From a virus: DNA of 64,000 nt. The stretch spans positions 17,419 to 81,418 of the IMG/VR virus record IMGVR_UViG_3300044684_000361. One strand, 5' to 3'. Below the pieces are notes generated by a model. It was not told the origin of the DNA. It ran no database searches and saw only the letters and a list, made by a program, of their open reading frames with translations. The translations under genes and the position numbers were made by a program. This document shows, one piece after another, positions 18,805-27,504 of the stretch; within the stretch, counting starts at the first letter, position 1; each line of letters starts with the position of its first letter.

Positions 18805-19145
18805 GTGATTTCAGCCACCGACATGGTGATATCCAATGAACTGGCAAGGCTGGAAGCCGCCTGGACAACATTAGTGGCATTCAATGTGAGCCTATTCCCC
18901 TCGTCAGCGAGCGTGAGGGACCCCCCGGGCAAAATTGAGCCTCCACTAACCAGAAAAGTCCCATTCTGAGTATCACTGCCTGGAGAGATCGATACGCTCA
19001 CCGTGATGGTAGAACCAGATCGGTTGACGCAAAGCAACCCTGTGATCACAACTCCCGTTGTTACACTTGGGGCCGTGTAGTTGCCCACATTGACCGTGCT
19101 CGTACCAATGGCTGAAGAGCGCAGACTGCGAAGAACAGTTGACAT
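18801..19145 (-). CDS. structural protein
   Basis: 114 aa beta-rich, ends SLDITMSVAEIT. Confidence 0.6.
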   Translation of the reverse strand: MSTVLRSLRSSAIGTSTVNVGNYTAPSVTTGVVITGLLCVNRSGSTITVSVSISPGSDTQNGTFLVSGGSILPGGSLTLADEGNRLTLNATNVVQAASSLASSLDITMSVAEIT

Positions 19146-19146
19146 A

Positions 19147-19467
19147 TCAGGTTCCTGGGATAAAGGTCACGCCATCAGGCGATACGGAGTCAGCTGGGGG
19201 CCAGCCAGGATTTTCCGGAGCAGTTGTAGGAAGTGGCGTGGCCACGGGGGAGTCGGGGCGCACAAACTCCAGCGTGATGTTGTCCGGCTCACGAGGTGGC
19301 AGACGATAGGGATCGTACTCATCCACATCGTCGTTCTTCATGCAGACCTTGAGGCCTGGATAGTTCGGATCATCCACCAACTCATCCAGCGGGAACTTGA
19401 GCCCGCAGCGGGCACACAGTCCGATGCCGTAAGAAGGATGATTGCGAGGATCGATGAAGCGTGGCAT
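19147..19467 (-). CDS. conserved phage protein with CxxC
   Basis: GLCARCGLKF..L..DPNYPGLKVC..D.YDPYRLP. Confidence 0.6.
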   Translation of the reverse strand: MPRFIDPRNHPSYGIGLCARCGLKFPLDELVDDPNYPGLKVCMKNDDVDEYDPYRLPPREPDNITLEFVRPDSPVATPLPTTAPENPGWPPADSVSPDGVTFIPGT

Positions 19468-19469
19468 GG

Positions 19470-20936
19470 CTACCTCGTATAGCAGTAGATACGCGGTTGG
19501 ATGCGCATGGGAGCGTTCTCACGCTCTTCCATTCGGGCGTTATTCAAGCTGCGCTCGGCCTTGGCCTCCAAGATCGGGATGAGCTGAGGGGAGACTTCCT
19601 GAATCACATAGGCCAGGCGCTTGGCGAGGCCATCCACGATCGCCTCCAGCCATCGGTTGGGCACATCCACTCGTTGGGCGAGATCCCCGAGATCCATGAT
19701 CTGGCGGTGCCGCCAGATCACAAGGCAAGCGTTGTTCTGCTCATTGAGTCCTGGGGTGGGCCACAGACGCATGATGGGCCAGGGCTCCTGGCGGTCCAGC
19801 CAATACTGGAATGGGCGGCTCTCGAAGAAGGTATTATTCAGGTTCGCGAAATCATCCCTGGAATAGGGGGCCAATGGAACCTGAAAGAGGGTCTGATAGA
19901 ACGCCACATTGGATGTCAACAGCTGACCCGCCGCCAGAGGATTCGGCGGAACGGGATCGGCGACGATTGACCAGCTCAACGCGGTGGGCGCTCCGTCCAG
20001 ATCAACCAGGGTTGTCTGACCTGCGGACGCATTGGGTTGGGAGGAAGCTACCAATTGGCCATCCGCCCAGACTTGTATGGGGACAGCCGGACCCGCCCAA
20101 GTAACCCCCACGGTATTGATCCGGATCGGGGTGGCTGCCGTGTACGTGGTCGCGGCACTCGACTGTAGCGCACTCTGCTGGCGCAGATTGGCGTTGAGGA
20201 CATCGATCGTGCCGGCCGGCATGGGCACTGCCGCCAAGTGCGCGGTGAATGGCAATACCTGTATGTCAACCGCAAAGAGCTGCGGGCCGCGATTGGCAAG
20301 CTCTGAGGTGAGGAGCATGAACAGCTCCTCACGGGCAATCCGGATCATCTCTTCGGAGATGATCGACGTACGGATCTTGCAGCGATTGAAGGCGCGCTCA
20401 ATCACTTGCGTGAGATTCAACGTCTCCTGGCCGATCACCCCGCTGGTGGTGATCACCTGAGCCTGGGCGTTCCCATCGGCGAAGAAAGTCGGCGCGGCAT
20501 ACACGCTAGTTGTGCCGCCTGAGAGGATCGTAGGAGGCACAGGGAAGGTGCTATTGGCTCCTATGACATGGAGCGCCCCTGCCACCCCCGTGGTATCCGT
20601 GCCGAAGGTGAAGCCTCCAGAACTCTGGGGCGCGAACAGAACGATCTGGTAGGCCTGGCCAGCAATGACCGGGGTCGCTGTCACCCGAAAGGCCGTAAGC
20701 CCTGCGTTGGGCTGTACGGTGATTGGAGCGGAATACACCAATAGCTGCTGGACGCCATCATAGAGCGCCATGACAAACTGCTGAGCAGAGGCAGGATTCA
20801 GGTAAGCATAGAGGGTGGAGACCGTCCCCGAGGACGTGGCGATGAACGGGATCGGCGCAAGGTATGCCCCATCAGAGCCGGAGGGCCCCGTTGAGGTATA
20901 GGTGGAGAAGGTTGGGTCGCCGCAGAGTACGGTCAC
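19470..20936 (-). CDS. putative head completion/adaptor protein with extra N-terminal beta domain
   Basis: VIERAFNRC...ELANRG, YSRDDFANL, RPFQYWLDRQ, DVPNRWLEAI; ~160 aa N-terminal extension. Confidence 0.6.
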   Translation of the reverse strand: MTVLCGDPTFSTYTSTGPSGSDGAYLAPIPFIATSSGTVSTLYAYLNPASAQQFVMALYDGVQQLLVYSAPITVQPNAGLTAFRVTATPVIAGQAYQIVLFAPQSSGGFTFGTDTTGVAGALHVIGANSTFPVPPTILSGGTTSVYAAPTFFADGNAQAQVITTSGVIGQETLNLTQVIERAFNRCKIRTSIISEEMIRIAREELFMLLTSELANRGPQLFAVDIQVLPFTAHLAAVPMPAGTIDVLNANLRQQSALQSSAATTYTAATPIRINTVGVTWAGPAVPIQVWADGQLVASSQPNASAGQTTLVDLDGAPTALSWSIVADPVPPNPLAAGQLLTSNVAFYQTLFQVPLAPYSRDDFANLNNTFFESRPFQYWLDRQEPWPIMRLWPTPGLNEQNNACLVIWRHRQIMDLGDLAQRVDVPNRWLEAIVDGLAKRLAYVIQEVSPQLIPILEAKAERSLNNARMEERENAPMRIQPRIYCYTR

Positions 20937-21009
20937 GAAAGCGCCTCAATGATGGATACACTGAGGCCGCTCAACCCGAGGGGAACATGCCCGCGAAAGC
21001 TAGCGGACT

Positions 21010-21954
21010 TTACCCGATAACATCATCCGGATGCACCCTCCAGGGCTGGTAGCCGATGTTCAACCGGACATCTGTCACAGCCCGCATGGGCACCAGCGGG
21101 ATGAATGAGCCACCAATCCCCTGCATCTCAAAGAGGGAGTTGCTGATGGAGAGCCCGGCCAAGGCCCCCACTCCAACAATCGAGCCATAGACCGTACTGG
21201 AAGAGGCCAGGAAGCCCGGGATCGATCCAGCCGGAACGAATTGGAGATTGCCATAGGTCGTTGTGGTGATCGGAGTGAGCCCGAACAGGGCTCCTGCCCC
21301 CACAAGTTGCCCATAGGCTACAGACTGGCTCTGAAGCGTCTGCCCATAGATAAAGGCGACGAGGGCCGACGAATTGCTCGTATCTCCCGGAGGAGATACG
21401 AACTGATTCATATTGAGCGGAGAGGCAAGTCCAGGCCCTGGAGCCGGGATAAAGCCAACCAACGGGGGGCTCGGAATAAGAGCCCCTGAGATCAGCGATC
21501 CGGAGGCGATGACTCCAGACAGCGGCCCAACCGTGGTAGGAGGCGAATAGGACAGCGGGGGCCCGAAGAACAGGAAATCCCCGCGAGGCTGGGCGCCTCG
21601 ACCCGGTGGGTCCGGTATCCATCCATCATTGACCTGCGTGACGTTCTGTCCCTGGGCAGATCGGAACAGAAACAGTAGCGCCGTGCGATCCGGCTGCCTC
21701 GGGAAATCCGGGCTCTCAACCAAAACAACTTGGTTGTACGGCCACAGAGCCTGTCCATTGGGTACCTGAAAGCCAATCAGGTTGCCCAGGACAGTCGAAG
21801 AGGAAACCAGGGTCCCATTGATGGGACCATTCGGCGTCACGGTCTGCCGGAAAGCCTGCAGCGCCTGCGTCGAGTTGTAGCGGGCATCCGCCCAGCCATC
21901 CCCCTGGACCAGCACGGTGCTGGTGACGGGGTACAGCACCATGCCAGAGGCCAT
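21010..21954 (-). CDS. putative virion protein with SSSTV-type repeats
   Basis: 314 aa Gly/Ser/Pro-rich. Confidence 0.55.
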   Translation of the reverse strand: MASGMVLYPVTSTVLVQGDGWADARYNSTQALQAFRQTVTPNGPINGTLVSSSTVLGNLIGFQVPNGQALWPYNQVVLVESPDFPRQPDRTALLFLFRSAQGQNVTQVNDGWIPDPPGRGAQPRGDFLFFGPPLSYSPPTTVGPLSGVIASGSLISGALIPSPPLVGFIPAPGPGLASPLNMNQFVSPPGDTSNSSALVAFIYGQTLQSQSVAYGQLVGAGALFGLTPITTTTYGNLQFVPAGSIPGFLASSSTVYGSIVGVGALAGLSISNSLFEMQGIGGSFIPLVPMRAVTDVRLNIGYQPWRVHPDDVIG

Positions 21955-21974
21955 AAGGGGGCTACCTCAAGGGA

Positions 21975-22451
21975 TCAGATTTCCTCGAAATAGACTTCTG
22001 ACGAGGCGCTGTAAGAGGCCCCGGGAGCGGCCACCAGCGTCAGATTCCACCGCGAGCCTCCGGAGATCGGAATTCTCTGATCCGGAGTAAAGATGCGCTC
22101 GTATGGGACGATGATCGAGACCAGATCAGAGCCCCAGGCGTTGCCTGCCGTGCCGGGTGTGGTCACGCCTGAATTGCAGGTCGTGGCTGCCGCAACCGTG
22201 TTACGGCGATTGACAGCCCGAGGGGTCTGGCCCGTACCGCCCGAACCTGTGGTACTGCGTTGCTGCATCTGCAGGCGAATGCGCACATCCTGCGCAACAC
22301 CTGAAGTGATCGTGGGGGAGACGGTAAAGCGAACCGAATGGATGAGGATCGAGACGCCCGCTGCGGCCACGAACTCCCAGATGTCCTGTACGGCATTGGT
22401 GACCGTCAGGTTCTCGAATCCCACTACGTAAAGCAAACCGGAAGCGGCCAT
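21975..22451 (-). CDS. putative virion protein
   Basis: 158 aa beta-rich, GAGG RBS. Confidence 0.6.
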   Translation of the reverse strand: MAASGLLYVVGFENLTVTNAVQDIWEFVAAAGVSILIHSVRFTVSPTITSGVAQDVRIRLQMQQRSTTGSGGTGQTPRAVNRRNTVAAATTCNSGVTTPGTAGNAWGSDLVSIIVPYERIFTPDQRIPISGGSRWNLTLVAAPGASYSASSEVYFEEI

Positions 22452-22459
22452 ACTAACCT

Positions 22460-23083
22460 CTAGGTATAGACAAACCTGTAAGTTGGAATCGTAATAATTC
22501 CAAAAGTATTCGTGGCGACGACCCCAGTTCCTGTGAACTGGGAAAGATACAAACTGTTGTTGTTGAACGGCTCAAATCCACCCCCGGCTGCCAGGGACGC
22601 CTCCCCGGTATAGGTCGTGGTGGTATTCGCGTTGAAGGTGACGGAGGAGCCATTCTGGAGAGCTGTAATGGTCGCGGTGCCGCCACTGATGGATACCGTG
22701 ACAGACCAAACGTCATTGTTTGCCCGAGTGATACTGGTAGACGAGCTGATATTCGTCTCCAACCCGGTTGGATCCCAGGTCACTACGTGCGAGGTGAAAG
22801 CACCAACAACGATCCCAAGTCCAGCCCCGGCATTTACTCCAGAGCGAACCAACGCGCCTAGAACGATGTCATCACCATTGCTCGCCCCTCCAGAGGCGAT
22901 GGTGAAGGTAGTCGTGATTGTCGACCCGTAGGTGGCATTGTGGGCAAAGCATGCATACGTGCCTGCCGCACTCGCGCGCCACCCGGTCGCATCTGACTTG
23001 ATCGTGGAAACCGGGATAATCACATTGGCCGGAGTCCAGGGATTATTGGTCGTTCCAGGGGCGTTTAAGGTGAAATCGGCCAT
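22460..23083 (-). CDS. putative virion protein (beta-sandwich/lectin-like)
   Basis: 207 aa Thr/Ser/Gly-rich. Confidence 0.55.
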   Translation of the reverse strand: MADFTLNAPGTTNNPWTPANVIIPVSTIKSDATGWRASAAGTYACFAHNATYGSTITTTFTIASGGASNGDDIVLGALVRSGVNAGAGLGIVVGAFTSHVVTWDPTGLETNISSSTSITRANNDVWSVTVSISGGTATITALQNGSSVTFNANTTTTYTGEASLAAGGGFEPFNNNSLYLSQFTGTGVVATNTFGIITIPTYRFVYT

Positions 23084-24741
23084 CAGAGCACCTGATGCCC
23101 AACAGTTCCAAGCGTGATGCCATGGGCGTTTGCATAGGCCGTCAGGACGTACCCGGTCGAGGGGTCCACCACGTTGCCCCTATTGGCATACGAGTCCACG
23201 ACATCACCACTCACATTCAGCGTGAGGTTGGTAGCGCCATAATGCGTGGCATCGTTCTCAACGCCATGTTCGCTGCAAATGACGTTATTGATTGAGAAAA
23301 GCGTACATGTCTGCCCTGACGCTCCGCTCGCCCAGCGAGGCCCAACCACCGTGTTCCGATACTCCCATCCGGTCCAACTGGAGAAGCTCGCATTGCCGTA
23401 TACCGTGGCAGAAGGGAAGGCTCCATTGTTCGGCCCGATGGTGTTGAACATCATGTTCCAACAGCTCTCGTTCTGATCTGGGTTGTCGCCCGAGCCGCCG
23501 TCATTTCCCTGGTACATCACCATACCACCGGTGCTTATCCCAGCTGCCGGAGATGTGAAGGTGCCTCCTTGTACCCAGGCATGATTGGCGCGCACGCTGC
23601 CTTTGGAATTGTGGCCTTTGATGAAAATCCCGGACTGGATGTTCTTCGGATTCGAAAATCCAGTTATGGTGTTATTTTCCACCACATAGGCACGCATGGA
23701 ATAGGCAATCAGCCCCCCGCCTGACTGCATATTCTGCATGTTGGAGCAGGTGTTGTTTGTAAAGACAAAGTAGTTGTGCATGGTGCCCGTGGCGGCAGGG
23801 AAAACGCCTTGCCAGTTTGACCAGTTGCCGTTTGTGTTATATCCGTTCAGATTGGTGAACGTGCATTCGTAGTACAGCGCTCGGTCGCCGTAATGGAAAA
23901 TGTGAAATTGATCGTGGTTGTTTCCCGAATTGACGGTCGCCCAGTTGGACGGACTGCCGTTGAAGGTGATGTTATGAGTGCAGCAGCCACCGCTTCCCAC
24001 GCCACTTGAGCCGTTGAACAAGATCCAAATATCTGTGCCACTCCAGGCACCGGTGTAATCGATCGTGACGGACTCGCCCGGGTAACCTACCCAGACCTTT
24101 GCTCGGCTGGTCAGGTCGAAGATGGCCGAGAACACATTCATGGCATAGGTGCCATTGCGCAGGAATAGCTGCTTCCCTGAGGTGCTCGCCGCACTGAATC
24201 CGGAAAGAGTCTTCCACGGTGAACCGAAGGAGCCATTGTTGGCGTCGTTGCCATTGACGGCATCCAGCCAGACAAACTTGGTTACATCTGTCTTGTCCGC
24301 GACCACCAAGGTCCACGAGACGCTATATTGGCCAATGGGGTCGGCAGAGCCCGCTGTGCGGCCGAAGTCCTGCGTGGTGACCTGCACCGTGATGGTGTAG
24401 GTTCCGACCACCGGATTGGCCCAGCTCAGAATTCCGTAGTCAGGATCTCCGTAGTGCTGTCCGATGGACATCCCGGCAGGGCCTGAGATGAGCTGATATT
24501 GGAAAGGCCATGCTCCGTACCGCATCCGGATCGGAATCCGCCAAGGAACCCCACTGGGGGCCAGACGAGCCCGCTCCCAGGTATTGGGGTTGCCACCTGC
24601 CAGGCCACCACTATCATTGTCCGGGCGCGGATGAACAATGTCCGGCACAGCAACAGACTGGACGTAATGGCCCGTCTGGAGTTGCCAGTTTGGCGGAGCG
24701 GCAGTGGGGGTGTAGCCCCGATAGGCGCCGAAAAAGCTCAT
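23083..24741 (-). CDS. Ig-like + parallel beta-helix protein (putative depolymerase/adhesin)
   Basis: YQLISGPAGMSI...GILSW (Ig-like), WLDAVNGNDANNGSFGSPWKT, LRNGTY, Asn-ladder repeats (VVENNTI). Confidence 0.65.
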   Translation of the reverse strand: MSFFGAYRGYTPTAAPPNWQLQTGHYVQSVAVPDIVHPRPDNDSGGLAGGNPNTWERARLAPSGVPWRIPIRMRYGAWPFQYQLISGPAGMSIGQHYGDPDYGILSWANPVVGTYTITVQVTTQDFGRTAGSADPIGQYSVSWTLVVADKTDVTKFVWLDAVNGNDANNGSFGSPWKTLSGFSAASTSGKQLFLRNGTYAMNVFSAIFDLTSRAKVWVGYPGESVTIDYTGAWSGTDIWILFNGSSGVGSGGCCTHNITFNGSPSNWATVNSGNNHDQFHIFHYGDRALYYECTFTNLNGYNTNGNWSNWQGVFPAATGTMHNYFVFTNNTCSNMQNMQSGGGLIAYSMRAYVVENNTITGFSNPKNIQSGIFIKGHNSKGSVRANHAWVQGGTFTSPAAGISTGGMVMYQGNDGGSGDNPDQNESCWNMMFNTIGPNNGAFPSATVYGNASFSSWTGWEYRNTVVGPRWASGASGQTCTLFSINNVICSEHGVENDATHYGATNLTLNVSGDVVDSYANRGNVVDPSTGYVLTAYANAHGITLGTVGHQVL

Positions 24742-24745
24742 TCGA

Positions 24746-25303
24746 TCAGGTGCAGTATGTCAACGAATACTGCTGACAGGTCAGGGAGCCGGTGGCCACG
24801 GTCTGCGTGAAGAAACAATCGATCACGTTGGAGACGGTGGAATCAAAGCCGGCGCCCACCACCACGCCGCCCGAGACCGGCAGAGCAAATACGCCGTTCC
24901 CACCGGCAGAACTGGCAGGCGAGCCAACCACAGCAGGGGATGTCCATGTGCCCTGGCCAATCATGGTGGCGTTGGTGGAGTTTCCGATCGAGCGCACGGT
25001 CAACTCGATATCCAAAAACCAGGGAACGTTGGTCTGGGCCGTGGTATTGAGGTTCATGGCCTGGGAGTCGAACACGACGGCTGAACCCACACGCACGTCA
25101 AAGCGTGCCGTGCCTGGGGTGGTGACCACACAGGAGATGATCCCAGCTGCGCGGATGTTGAAGCGATCACCGATCTTCAGGTAGTTAGCCGGGAAGGTGA
25201 ACCGGGCCGCAGGAGGCAAATAGGAGGCAGCCGAGGCGGCCGTCAGGGCATTGCCCGCCACCTGCGCGGTGATCAGTGTTTGAGCCCAACTATTGGATGA
25301 CAT
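24746..25303 (-). CDS. putative virion protein
   Basis: 185 aa beta-rich. Confidence 0.6.
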   Translation of the reverse strand: MSSNSWAQTLITAQVAGNALTAASAASYLPPAARFTFPANYLKIGDRFNIRAAGIISCVVTTPGTARFDVRVGSAVVFDSQAMNLNTTAQTNVPWFLDIELTVRSIGNSTNATMIGQGTWTSPAVVGSPASSAGGNGVFALPVSGGVVVGAGFDSTVSNVIDCFFTQTVATGSLTCQQYSLTYCT

Positions 25304-25315
25304 AGAGAGAGTTCC

Positions 25316-26014
25316 TTACCAGAGCTTGGCGACCATCGCGGAGATGGCAAACGAGGGGGTGATGTTGGTGGAAACCACCAGCGGGGTCTGCAGGATGATC
25401 ACGCCCGCGCCCACCGAGCTGGTGTTGACGGGCGAGCCGTTGGCGGAAGTGGTCGAAAGGGTAACGGTGGTACCGGAGACCGTGCCCACAAAGTAGACCG
25501 TCCCTTCCGTGAAGCCGGAAGGGAGCGTGCCGGTCGCTGTGGGGTAAACCGAAACGCGGTTATTCACCGCGAAGGAGGAGTTCGGAACAGTCAGAACGCC
25601 TGGGGAGGCGGAAGTACAAGTGAACTCCAACGCGGGACCCGCACCCACTGGGCCTGATGCGAGAAGCGTGCCGGCGCCAGAAGAGGCCAATCCGATCCCA
25701 AAGTGAGTGATCGTGTCGCCTGTGACTCCGCATTGGGGAAAATTGACTGCCGCTGCGTTAGAAACGGTGGCCGGCGAAGTGCCCGAGACGTTGAACCCAC
25801 CCGTGGTCCGGGCTACCGCAACCCGTGCATAGTTGGTGTAGGCTGTCTCGTTGGTCGATTGAGTGCCCGCTTCACCCGGATCAGCATTGTGAAGCGAGAT
25901 ATATAGGCTGGTGGCGGGAGAAGTCGCGGTGTTATCAGCGATATTCGCCCAGTTCACGGCCTGAAACATCAGCTTCAGGACGTTGGATTGTGTGCCGTTG
26001 GCAAAACTCGCCAT
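25316..26014 (-). CDS. putative virion protein with inserted beta-barrel domain
   Basis: LYISLHNADPGEAG..NETAYTNYARVAVAR family motif; internal GTLPSGFTEGTVYFV segment. Confidence 0.65.
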   Translation of the reverse strand: MASFANGTQSNVLKLMFQAVNWANIADNTATSPATSLYISLHNADPGEAGTQSTNETAYTNYARVAVARTTGGFNVSGTSPATVSNAAAVNFPQCGVTGDTITHFGIGLASSGAGTLLASGPVGAGPALEFTCTSASPGVLTVPNSSFAVNNRVSVYPTATGTLPSGFTEGTVYFVGTVSGTTVTLSTTSANGSPVNTSSVGAGVIILQTPLVVSTNITPSFAISAMVAKLW

Positions 26015-26089
26015 GCAGGGTGACTCCGTAAGGAACCGAAGTGGCGTAGGCCCTGCATGGGGCAGCCATAAAGATGCGGTACTGTACCG

Positions 26090-26407
26090 CTATAGCCCGG
26101 CGTTCGTCGATAGGGCGTTATTGACGCCAATCGCCCATTCCTGCCAGGTCTTCCCAGTCGGATCAGGGAGATTGAATGGCAGCAGCTGCGGCTCCTGCAT
26201 CACCCGTGTGGCCCAGGCATGGAAACCGTCCTCACCGAGGAGAAAAGGCAGCGCTACCGTATGAGAGATGACATAGACGAAGGCTGCGGCCCAACTCATC
26301 AGGTCCATCCCGTTGGGATTGACGATGTCAGCCTGAAAGGTTGCCCCATAGGGGCCGGTAAGCCCGCCGAGGACTGTTGAACTAGAAGCGAGTATCCCCG
26401 AGGACAC
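26090..26407 (-). CDS. conserved small virion-module protein
   Basis: NPNGMDLMSWA...LPDP..KTWQEWA. Confidence 0.55.
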   Translation of the reverse strand: MSSGILASSSTVLGGLTGPYGATFQADIVNPNGMDLMSWAAAFVYVISHTVALPFLLGEDGFHAWATRVMQEPQLLPFNLPDPTGKTWQEWAIGVNNALSTNAGL

Positions 26408-27169
26408 TTAACACTTGCCGCCCTTCTTCATCGGCGTGCCAACCATGGAGCCCATCTGACCGCCCATCCCGCGAGGTTTCATCGGCTGCTGACCCATTGC
26501 GGCCGTGCCAGCCTGGGGTAGCCCAGGAATGCCTGGCTGAGGGCGGCCCATACTCTTGCCTCCCGTCATCCCAGGCGCATGGCGGATACGCTTCATCCCG
26601 AGCACCGGGGCCCGAGGCATCCCCGTTGGCCGGGCAATCCCGCCCACGGCGAAATGCTTATGCCCGTGCTTACCATGAGGCGGGGCCAGATGGTGATCCT
26701 TTCCATGGGCTCCGGACTTGTGACCGTGTTGAGGATGATGGATGCCCATGCCATGGGGATGGCTTTCAATCCGATGCCCGGGCTTGAAGTGGTTGTGAAC
26801 CGGGCCACCTTTGGCCTTATGGACCTTGCCGCCTCGGCGAGCCTCCATATGTTCGTGGGCCTCGTGGTCCGAATGAGAATAGCCAGTCTGGCTCTCATGC
26901 GGCTCTGAGTCCTCACTAATGAACCCACCCTTGGCATATGCCAGATGGTTTCCCGCAGCTTTGATGTTGAGGTCAGGACCCTTGGCACCAACTGTTGGAG
27001 TGGGGATCTTGGCGGCCGGGAAAGACCGCCCAGGTGGCTTGACTTCGCCGCCCTTGGCAAACTTCGGCTTGTGGCGACTGTAACCGGATACGTGGGTCGT
27101 GCCCTTGGATACAGAACCATGGAAGCCATGCTCGGGCAGGAAGTCCCAACCGGATCGCATCTTACCCAT
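26408..27169 (-). CDS. basic His/Gly/Met-rich disordered protein
   Basis: 253 aa, dense His tract, repeated AKGG motifs. Confidence 0.65.
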   Translation of the reverse strand: MGKMRSGWDFLPEHGFHGSVSKGTTHVSGYSRHKPKFAKGGEVKPPGRSFPAAKIPTPTVGAKGPDLNIKAAGNHLAYAKGGFISEDSEPHESQTGYSHSDHEAHEHMEARRGGKVHKAKGGPVHNHFKPGHRIESHPHGMGIHHPQHGHKSGAHGKDHHLAPPHGKHGHKHFAVGGIARPTGMPRAPVLGMKRIRHAPGMTGGKSMGRPQPGIPGLPQAGTAAMGQQPMKPRGMGGQMGSMVGTPMKKGGKC

Positions 27170-27172
27170 ATG

Positions 27173-27493
27173 TCAAACTCCCAAGGCGCTGCTGGTAACG
27201 ATTTCCAGGGACAGCGTACCGGTGCCCGAGGAATAGGTCACGTTCAACGCGGTAGCCGGCACGTTGACCAGTGATCCTTGTTGGCTGGTGGTGGCGGCAG
27301 CGAAGTTGCTTCCTACCGCAAAGAAGTTTGTCGGTGCCGAAGCCGCGTATGGATCATCCAATGTCTGCGTGATGGTGTAGGTGACTGTCCCTGAGACCAC
27401 CGCATTGATAGCCACGTTGATAGGACCGGCACGCCAATCCAGCGGAACCAGTTGGCTACCTGCCGCCGACAATGTAAAGCGCACCGGGCGCAT
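27173..27493 (-). CDS. putative virion protein
   Basis: 106 aa, YTITQTLDDP motif, GGAG RBS. Confidence 0.6.
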   Translation of the reverse strand: MRPVRFTLSAAGSQLVPLDWRAGPINVAINAVVSGTVTYTITQTLDDPYAASAPTNFFAVGSNFAAATTSQQGSLVNVPATALNVTYSSGTGTLSLEIVTSSALGV

Positions 27494-27504
27494 TCAAAGC
27501 TCCC

